DNA from: an uncultured Bacteroidales bacterium
GTDB taxonomy: Bacteria > Bacteroidota > Bacteroidia > Bacteroidales > FEN-979
Reading direction: 5' to 3'
DNA length: 64,000 nucleotides
Assembly: GCA_903887775.1 (NCBI GenBank)
Contig: CAISRB010000011.1
Coordinates: 259,664 to 323,663, forward strand
Shown piece by piece: positions 45,860 through 53,356 of this stretch (its first letter is position 1; every line of letters begins with the position of its first letter). A model generated the notes under the pieces. That model was not told where the DNA came from. It worked only from the letters and a program-made list of their open reading frames with translations, and did not search any database. The position numbers and the translations under genes were made by a program.

Positions 45860-46780
45860 TCAATTTAATTTAGGGTTGACATGAAGAGCCCGGTTGAATG
45901 TATTCTTAACATGCCACCCAATGGCATTTTTATATGCTCTCAGCAAAGAAAACTGGCCTTTTAACAAAAACATCAGGGCATTTTTTGGTATGGCAATAAA
46001 TGACTGGTATATAAAAGCCGGGAGAAATGCAAGCCCATGTACATTTCTGCGCATGTATAAAATGCGGTTACGGTTAAGATAATAGATCTTAAGCGGACTC
46101 AGTGAGCCTGTGGTGATTGAATCTTTATGATAAACAACCGAGTTATGGACATATCCGATTTTATAACCTGCATCCTTGATCCTTTGGATCCAGTCCATTT
46201 CCTCATAATAGAGAAAGAAAATATCGGCCATCAGGCCGACCTGCTTCATAACTGAAACAGGAATCATCATGGCAGCGCCGAAAGCATATTCAGTGAAGTA
46301 GTCCCGGTCATACTGACCAGTATCAATTTCCTGAAATCCGATTCCTCTGTTTCTTGCTGTGAGTAGATGGATGGATGTAAACCCTGCATATTGAATAAGC
46401 TCAGGATGATGGAAATAACGAATCTTCGGGCTTACAACTCCCAATTCGGGATTCTCTTCAAGTTTCTTTACGAGGGGTTCTAAAAAACCCGGTTCGACCT
46501 CAGTATCATTATTAATCAGCAAATGATATTTCCCTTTCGCCGCAAAGATTCCAAGATTATTGCCACCTGCAAATCCGAGGTTTTTGTTGCTTTGGATAAA
46601 TGTAATATCGGGATGTTTTTCTTTGATGATAAGTGGATTGCGGGTGGGGGAGGCATTGTCGACCACGATGACCTCAAAATGCGGGTACGAGATTTTCTTT
46701 ATTGAATCGAGAAAAGCTATCGTTACTTCAGGCTGGTCATAATTCACAGTGATAACAGATACAAGAGGTAGTGGATCCAT
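45860..46780 (-). CDS. Soluble family 2 glycosyltransferase (paralog)
   Basis: 306 aa. VSVITVNYDQ, GFAGGNNLG, LLINNDT, FFLYYEEMDW. Confidence 0.85.
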   Translation of the reverse strand: MDPLPLVSVITVNYDQPEVTIAFLDSIKKISYPHFEVIVVDNASPTRNPLIIKEKHPDITFIQSNKNLGFAGGNNLGIFAAKGKYHLLINNDTEVEPGFLEPLVKKLEENPELGVVSPKIRYFHHPELIQYAGFTSIHLLTARNRGIGFQEIDTGQYDRDYFTEYAFGAAMMIPVSVMKQVGLMADIFFLYYEEMDWIQRIKDAGYKIGYVHNSVVYHKDSITTGSLSPLKIYYLNRNRILYMRRNVHGLAFLPAFIYQSFIAIPKNALMFLLKGQFSLLRAYKNAIGWHVKNTFNRALHVNPKLN

Positions 46781-46789
46781 ATTTAATCA

Positions 46790-46957
46790 TTAATCAGAAG
46801 ATGTTTCGTTCCTGTTTTCCCCGTGAGTAATTTCTTTCATTTGCTGTTCTTCCCGTTCCAGCTTCTGATCCCGTTGATCCTGTACAAAACCGGCAATAAA
46901 GCCAACAGGGATAAAAAGAACCATACCAATAAGTATATGTACAATAATTCCAGTCAT
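46790..46957 (-). CDS. Small (55-aa) single-TM protein, absent from the ORF track (below its size cutoff)
   Basis: My translation: MTGIIVHILIGMVLFIPVGFIAGFVQDQRDQKLEREEQQMKEITHGENRNETSSD. It starts 5 nt after the Wzy-like stop, ends 10 nt before the next start, and fills the gap exactly. Confidence 0.4.
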   Translation of the reverse strand: MTGIIVHILIGMVLFIPVGFIAGFVQDQRDQKLEREEQQMKEITHGENRNETSSD

Positions 46958-46961
46958 GGTT

Positions 46962-48452
46962 TTATACTATAATTTCCGGATCAGCTGTTACAATAAGATT
47001 CTTGCGGCTCAGGATCATTTTATCTAAGTAAGGCCCCATAAATACATATGCCATACTGGTATATACAACAAGCCCGGTGGGGAATTGCCCGAGGACTGCG
47101 TTACCATAACTGGCACCAAGTATACCAAAGATCCCGCAGTGGAGTGCCGCGATCTTGATCTGAAGGTCCGGGTCCCTGATCCGGAACATGCATATATACA
47201 GTCCTTTACCAACTATATAACCCAGAATGAAGAGATGCAGGTATAATCCCAGAATACCAGCTTCAGCCCATATCAGCACAAACCAGCTGTCGGTTGCAAC
47301 ACTTGAAAGAAAGGTGTTGCCTGTATATGCTAAAGCATGGCCACCTGCATGGCCAATTCCTCCACCAAATGGCCTGGTTTTCAAATATTCTTCGAAAATA
47401 GCCTGGTTCTTTAACCTTACCTGAAAGGATGCATCATCTTCCGGGGTAAATGCTGATCTCATTCGAAAAATCTGGTAACTGCTGTTCCCAATAGTCGTAT
47501 ACCTGAAAAAGCTGTAGACAAAGGTCAGCAGTATCAATCCCACAACAATGACCCGGACATTTTTCCTTATGATAACATATAAAGCAAGACCTGCAAAAGG
47601 CACGAAGATAGCGCCCCGCGTCCCGGAAGATGACATACCATAATACCCGGCAATCATGCATAACAACCAGAAAATACGCTGTTTAAACCGTTTCTCATAA
47701 AAGACCATGATCGTTGCGACAAGTCCGATCTGGCCCTGTGCCGCTCCAAACTGACCAGCATCGGTATAGAATGAAAAAGCCCTGAGGTTACCCCAAAGGA
47801 TATGTGTAACCGCACCTACTTCATCCAGCCATTTTTGCTCCCAGGGGTCGGGGCCTATATTCAATTGCATCCAGGCTTTAACAGAAGCCAGGATAGACAG
47901 GATTCCCCATATTTTCAGGAATTTGTCAAGGTGTTTCGGGTCATTATAAAGTAATTGAACAAGAGGAACAGCCAGTACCATATAAAAACCAATACCGCGC
48001 ATCGATGCAAACCAGGCTGTTTTGCTGATTGCCTCCGGATTAAAAAACTCAGCAAGAATATAAATAAACCAGATGGCCGACAGGTAAGTAAGATCATTAT
48101 TAACCGGGGTAAGGTCCAGTTTTTTATTAAAATAATGAAAGAATAAGGCAATATATATAGAAATCAGCAAAATATCCATGACATACCCCAATTTGATTGG
48201 AAGGTACCTCGTGAGTCCCATGATGATGAAATTCAGTATCAGGGCAATGGTATATCCTTTAGATGGATCCTGGATCAACTTGTAGAAAGCAAAAAAGAGT
48301 AAGGGAACAGTGATCACGATAGCTGCAACGATCAATCCGGCCTGGGCGATAGCATACCCTATAGCAATCGTGCCAACGAGAATAGTCCCGATGGCCAGCG
48401 GATTTCGCAATTGATCGGATCCTGTCGGAATATTAAAAGGATTCCCCATCAT
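46962..48452 (-). CDS. O-antigen ligase / polymerase (Wzy-like) family membrane protein
   Basis: 496 aa with about 10-12 predicted TM helices and a large loop containing GTRGAI...R..F (Wzy_C-like). Lies next to the flippase. Confidence 0.7.
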   Translation of the reverse strand: MMGNPFNIPTGSDQLRNPLAIGTILVGTIAIGYAIAQAGLIVAAIVITVPLLFFAFYKLIQDPSKGYTIALILNFIIMGLTRYLPIKLGYVMDILLISIYIALFFHYFNKKLDLTPVNNDLTYLSAIWFIYILAEFFNPEAISKTAWFASMRGIGFYMVLAVPLVQLLYNDPKHLDKFLKIWGILSILASVKAWMQLNIGPDPWEQKWLDEVGAVTHILWGNLRAFSFYTDAGQFGAAQGQIGLVATIMVFYEKRFKQRIFWLLCMIAGYYGMSSSGTRGAIFVPFAGLALYVIIRKNVRVIVVGLILLTFVYSFFRYTTIGNSSYQIFRMRSAFTPEDDASFQVRLKNQAIFEEYLKTRPFGGGIGHAGGHALAYTGNTFLSSVATDSWFVLIWAEAGILGLYLHLFILGYIVGKGLYICMFRIRDPDLQIKIAALHCGIFGILGASYGNAVLGQFPTGLVVYTSMAYVFMGPYLDKMILSRKNLIVTADPEIIV

Positions 48453-48459
48453 TTATCGG

Positions 48460-49851
48460 TCAAAACTTTTTTTGCCTTATTCGTATCAACAATCCCTTGT
48501 AGAAGTCAATCCCCTCAGAGAAAATTTTCGTAAACGAGATATCTATTTCCTTTTTCAGGAAATAATATCCTATGAAAAGTCCGATAAATGCAAAAATTAT
48601 AGAAGCAAGTGCAACGAAAAGCAATATTGTAGTGACTGACCAGGAAGGGAAAAAATGATGAAGGCCAAAAACGGCGAAGATATCTCCCAGAATGTTGGCA
48701 GTTGTCATGACGACTACTTTTTGAAAGTTTTTATCGGGCCGGTTCAAACTGTCCAGGGCTACGCCGGTAAACCGGTCCAAAGGAAGAAGAACACAATAAA
48801 TAATAAAAGAGATAAGTACAAATGAGATACCGGGATATAATGTGAGATACTTATGACCACCCATGATCAGAATAAAATAGTTGTGAAAGACAAGGCTGAT
48901 GATTGCAATAAAAAAGAAAAGAAACACCAGAGGTCCTGTATATGCATAATATATTCGTTTGAATTCTTCCCTGTTGCCTTCCATACTTGCCTTTGATAAT
49001 TTAGGGAAGGCAGTTGTTGCGAAACTCAGTAAAGGGATCTCGACCAGTTCAATGTATTTCAGCGGAATAGCGTACAAAGCTACACCCAGGGGGCCAAGAA
49101 AAGCGCTGAAGGAAATGATGAAGCTGTCAGCACCTTTTAAAAGGCTTGTACCAATCCTTGTTGCCATTGAGTACCTGCCATATTTAAGGATCTCAATCAC
49201 TTTTACTTTACTTACGCGCCTGATATACTGAAGCCCGGCCCATTTTTTAATTATACAAAATATTGAGGTTGCCAGGTTAGTTGCTATATAAAGGAAAACA
49301 ACCGTCTTGACATCAATTTTAATATATAAATATGCAACAAAAAGGATCACAAGGAAAGAGCAGAGGTTAAAGAACCTGATCCAGAATATTTTCCCAAAAT
49401 CAACTTCGGCCTGGAAAATTGACCAGGCATAATTCCATGGAAGCGTAACAAGGCCGAGCAAAGGGTACCAGATAAAGAAAAGTGAATAACCACTTGCACG
49501 CAATGGCTGAGGAATCGTTAACGCCAGAGTCCATAAGATAATTGTTATTCCTGCCAGGATCACCAGGCCCACGACCCATGCAGATCCCAGGTAATATTTT
49601 TTATCTTCCGAGGTACTCCCCGAAAGATATCTGACAAGCGCTTCTTTTGTAATTCCAAAACGAAGCATATCAATGAGAGACGATGGGGTGGTAAATAATA
49701 CCCAGACACCAAAATCAGGAATGGACAGCATCCTGAGCAGAATCATATAAGAAAACAAACTGGCAAGAGCAGTGGTCAGATTGCCTGCTAAGGAAAGAAA
49801 ATTGGCATCTTTAAGGATATTAACTATCGTTCGTTTTATTCCTGCCCACAT
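48460..49851 (-). CDS. Oligosaccharide flippase (Wzx, MOP superfamily)
   Basis: 463 aa, polytopic. N-terminal NFLSLAGNLTTALASLFSYMILLRML pattern typical of polysaccharide biosynthesis (Wzx) proteins. Confidence 0.8.
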   Translation of the reverse strand: MWAGIKRTIVNILKDANFLSLAGNLTTALASLFSYMILLRMLSIPDFGVWVLFTTPSSLIDMLRFGITKEALVRYLSGSTSEDKKYYLGSAWVVGLVILAGITIILWTLALTIPQPLRASGYSLFFIWYPLLGLVTLPWNYAWSIFQAEVDFGKIFWIRFFNLCSFLVILFVAYLYIKIDVKTVVFLYIATNLATSIFCIIKKWAGLQYIRRVSKVKVIEILKYGRYSMATRIGTSLLKGADSFIISFSAFLGPLGVALYAIPLKYIELVEIPLLSFATTAFPKLSKASMEGNREEFKRIYYAYTGPLVFLFFFIAIISLVFHNYFILIMGGHKYLTLYPGISFVLISFIIYCVLLPLDRFTGVALDSLNRPDKNFQKVVVMTTANILGDIFAVFGLHHFFPSWSVTTILLFVALASIIFAFIGLFIGYYFLKKEIDISFTKIFSEGIDFYKGLLIRIRQKKF

Positions 49852-49874
49852 GATAATACTCTTATGACGCCATG

Positions 49875-52565
49875 CTAAGAAATGACATTGTCCTCACGAA
49901 ATCTGAAAGTCAAAATTTTCTTGACAGTACGGCGAAATTTGGATCTTTGTTTTGGAATTTCCCCGAAAACTGAATCAAGAAACATCAATTCAACTCCGTT
50001 AAGAACAATCTGTGTAGGCTCTTTTGATAAGGACAGAAATCCATTTAAAGCTGTTTTATCAGCATCAGTCCAGGAACGGTTTGCTCTGACCACCAGCAAT
50101 GTATAATCAGACTTCTTGATAAGATCTATAGGATATGCGTTATTGATCAATGAAGGGATCTCAATAAAGATATAATCACAGGTTTCAATGTCGATATGTT
50201 CATATCCTTTAAGCAGATCCATCGTATCCTTTGTTTCAAAAAAGTTATCCTGGATAATATACTGCAGCTCGTCATCAGTAGGCGGGATCAGTTCTCCGCC
50301 AGGGAAATCTTCAGTAGGAGTGGCATTTTCTTTTAAGTAATTCAGGAACAGGGCATTTTCGCCAAAGGATCTGAACTTTCTAGTTAATTCCCTGCCAATT
50401 GTAGTCTTTCCTTCCGAATCCCGCGTACTTATAAAAAGAATGACTGCAGGTTTCTTTTCTGTACCGTCCAGGTTTTTATGTATGTTTAACTTAATATTCT
50501 GGGCAATTATTTCGACAAGCCTTGGCAGGATAAATCCGATATCCACGTTATATATTTGCTTTACGATCTTAGGATAAACTCCTGCAAGTTTAAGTTTGAT
50601 AAACCGCTCGGCTCTTTCAGGTGTTTTAATCGTGGTATCGAAAAATTCCATTGCAAGAAGGATGATAACAACCAGCAAAAATCCGAGCAAGGCAGCGGCA
50701 AGCACAAGCAACATAACTTTTGATCTTAATGGATGTAAAGGATAAAATGGTGAATCCACAATTTTCAGGTTTGTTGATAATTCATCATCCTGCTGCCTGA
50801 GTTTCGCGAGGTTCAAATCATGCAGCAGCTCAAGAAACTCACTTTCCGTAACACCGATCAGTCGTTCAAAACGTTTCTGCTGGGCTCCTAATGGTGCAAA
50901 AATTTCATAGACCTTCTGGAAATATATTTTGCGCGCTGAAAGGACTCTCAGTGCTGCTTTACTTTCTTCGTATGCCACAACATTAGTCAGCCAGGCGTTC
51001 AGCAGATCTTTTAAAGGAAGTCCTTCAACGGAATTAGTCACAAGGTACAGCTGGTCCAGGTTGTCCTTTAATGCCGCCTTGATCGATTCGACTTTCCCTT
51101 TTAAAACTGCAAGCGTTTCAATTGTAGCCGAATCATTTCCAAGATCGATCTCAAGATTGGCAATCTGCATGGTTGTGTTCGTCAGCTCATTTCTCAATCT
51201 CAGGATAGAGCTCGTATTGAGGGAAAGCTTCGCATGATTTTCAAGTTTTTTCTCAATAATTTTAATTGCGGCATCTGAAGATGCAAGGGCAATCTGTTTA
51301 TTCTGGAATTCAACATCAAGTTCTTCTTTTGTCGTAGCTATTACTTTAGTCTGCTCATAAAAGTTGATGATGTTGTTTTTTGAGTTAAAAACCAGCAGAG
51401 CCGATTCGGCTTTCTGAAGCCTTCCCATTGCATTGTCAAGCTCTCGCCTGAAATACGCAATAACAGCATCGGTCTGATTCTGCTTCAGTAATTTATATGA
51501 ACGTATGAATCCTTTAATGAGAAAAACAAGGGTTTGCTGTGCAATCCCGGGATCTGAAGTCTTATAAGACAATTTCAGCAGGTCACTACTCTGTATTCTT
51601 GTTATTTCTATAGTTGACAGGGCATTAAGGCTGTAAAAAGGGTCAGAAGTAGAATTCCACAGCTGATATATAAAATTGTAGTCATTCTGATGGCCATAAT
51701 TGATAAGCCGTTTGACCAGTTTGTCAAAAGCGGATGTATCGCCGATAGCATTGCGGATGGCAACTGTGCCGGTAGCTGTATCAAATTGGGAGTAAAAATC
51801 TGAAGGGAGCGAAGTTGAGTCCACAAGTCTCTCAGAGCCGGCAGTTCTGACAGGAGCCGGCTCAATGTTACCTGTTTCAGTCGGATATGCAGCAGGCTCA
51901 GGTACTTGTTCCGCTGCAGAGATTTTGAGTTTTTGCCCTGTAGAAATATGATTTGATCTCAGCCTGTTATAGCTCATCAGTTCACTAACAGTCATTCCAT
52001 AGGAACGTGCGATAGAGAACATGGTTTCACCCGGGGCGACTACATGGAATGATCTCCTTGAAGAAGGTGCCACATAAGCTGTTTTCTCCGAATTGATGCG
52101 GGAATCAGGCGAATTGAGTGAGGTGTCGGAGAAAGAAGTCCTTCTACCCGGGGATTTAAAAAATTTAGGGTTGGCATGTTTGGCTTTTCTGACAATATCC
52201 ATTACGTCAGGTGGAACTCTTGCAATAAGATCGTCCCAGTGTTCTTTTGATATATACCGGTCATCGTAATTATCAAGAAGAAGGTGTTGTGCAAGGAGGG
52301 AAGCCGAAACTTCTTCGAGGGTCTGACGGGAGCGGATCAGGTTTATCAGGTTATCATAGATTGTCGTTTTGAGCATGATATCAGAGAACGCTTGTTGCTG
52401 CACCGAATATCCCGATGTGACTCCTGTATAGATTGTTGCCTCCGAGACATAACTCCATTGATTCTTCCTTGTCAGGAAGAACACAATAGCTGCCAAAAGC
52501 AAGGGGACAAGTATCAGGAGTAACACATGGCGCTGCAGAATCTTGACAAAGTAGATAATCTTCAT
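49875..52565 (-). CDS. Polysaccharide co-polymerase / BY-kinase-like protein (Wzc/GumC type) with an embedded LysM domain
   Basis: 896 aa. TM1 plus a Wzz-like start. LysM FHVVAPGETMFSIARSYGMTVSELMSYNRLRSNHISTGQKLKI (aa ~173-216, nt 51918-52049). Long coiled-coil periplasmic region, then TM2. C-terminal P-loop domain ISTRDSEGKTT...YIFIEIPSL...LLVVRANRS. No C-terminal Tyr cluster. Confidence 0.75.
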   Translation of the reverse strand: MKIIYFVKILQRHVLLLILVPLLLAAIVFFLTRKNQWSYVSEATIYTGVTSGYSVQQQAFSDIMLKTTIYDNLINLIRSRQTLEEVSASLLAQHLLLDNYDDRYISKEHWDDLIARVPPDVMDIVRKAKHANPKFFKSPGRRTSFSDTSLNSPDSRINSEKTAYVAPSSRRSFHVVAPGETMFSIARSYGMTVSELMSYNRLRSNHISTGQKLKISAAEQVPEPAAYPTETGNIEPAPVRTAGSERLVDSTSLPSDFYSQFDTATGTVAIRNAIGDTSAFDKLVKRLINYGHQNDYNFIYQLWNSTSDPFYSLNALSTIEITRIQSSDLLKLSYKTSDPGIAQQTLVFLIKGFIRSYKLLKQNQTDAVIAYFRRELDNAMGRLQKAESALLVFNSKNNIINFYEQTKVIATTKEELDVEFQNKQIALASSDAAIKIIEKKLENHAKLSLNTSSILRLRNELTNTTMQIANLEIDLGNDSATIETLAVLKGKVESIKAALKDNLDQLYLVTNSVEGLPLKDLLNAWLTNVVAYEESKAALRVLSARKIYFQKVYEIFAPLGAQQKRFERLIGVTESEFLELLHDLNLAKLRQQDDELSTNLKIVDSPFYPLHPLRSKVMLLVLAAALLGFLLVVIILLAMEFFDTTIKTPERAERFIKLKLAGVYPKIVKQIYNVDIGFILPRLVEIIAQNIKLNIHKNLDGTEKKPAVILFISTRDSEGKTTIGRELTRKFRSFGENALFLNYLKENATPTEDFPGGELIPPTDDELQYIIQDNFFETKDTMDLLKGYEHIDIETCDYIFIEIPSLINNAYPIDLIKKSDYTLLVVRANRSWTDADKTALNGFLSLSKEPTQIVLNGVELMFLDSVFGEIPKQRSKFRRTVKKILTFRFREDNVIS

Positions 52566-53356
52566 TATTCTATTTTGTTGATTACGTTGAACTTAAATCC
52601 GCATAGCTCCTGAAGAATCATATAGGAGTTATAAAAAGCATTTCTTGATGTTTCGTAATTGTAAATGGCAACACGGTACATTTCCATAATATAAGCCAGG
52701 TCATACAAAGTATTCTGACCGTTTATAAATTCCTTATCGCCCATTTCCTTGTTCATTGCGCCGGCGATCACACTCTCGTTTGCATTTTTCAGAATTTTCT
52801 GATTGACGCTTAATTGATTATACTGGGTGATTATTTGCTGTCTCAGTTCAACGATCTGGTTTTCCTTCTGGGCCATTGACTTTTCAATTTCCTTCGTTGC
52901 CGTTTTGACCTGATTCTTTCTGTCCCAGAGATCTTCCATGGGGAGCCTGAGGCTTACACCGGCTATACCCCTGTAATTATTCTGGTTTGACCATTGGGGA
53001 TTCCAGTTTATTTTATCAGAGGAATTGTCGGTATAGGAATTCCAGAAATCATTCTGAATACTGGCATCAATGTAGAAGTTTCTCATCCAGAAACGGCTTG
53101 CTGTTTTGACTTTGTACCTCCATTCGGCAATGTCGGCATCATAATACTTTAATAAAGGTGCGTGGACGATGGCCGAATCGATAAGGTCTGAAAGCGGCGG
53201 AATGCGCTGTGTGATATCTTCGATGAGCGGGTTGAAATAGTATGTGGTATCTTTCTGCTGGCCAGAACACAGTAAGGGTGTTCCAAACACACAGATAAAC
53301 ACAAGGTTAAAAAACCAGTGTTTTCCTGTGAGTTCATAAGTGGCCAGAATTTTCAT
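52565..53356 (-). CDS. Secreted half-length TolC/OEP-like protein
   Basis: 263 aa. Signal peptide. LSDLIDSAIVHAPLLKYYDADIAEWRYKVKTA resembles the start of one OEP repeat, followed by a strand region and long helical heptads. Only one repeat is present. Its stop overlaps the PCP start. Confidence 0.45.
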   Translation of the reverse strand: MKILATYELTGKHWFFNLVFICVFGTPLLCSGQQKDTTYYFNPLIEDITQRIPPLSDLIDSAIVHAPLLKYYDADIAEWRYKVKTASRFWMRNFYIDASIQNDFWNSYTDNSSDKINWNPQWSNQNNYRGIAGVSLRLPMEDLWDRKNQVKTATKEIEKSMAQKENQIVELRQQIITQYNQLSVNQKILKNANESVIAGAMNKEMGDKEFINGQNTLYDLAYIMEMYRVAIYNYETSRNAFYNSYMILQELCGFKFNVINKIE

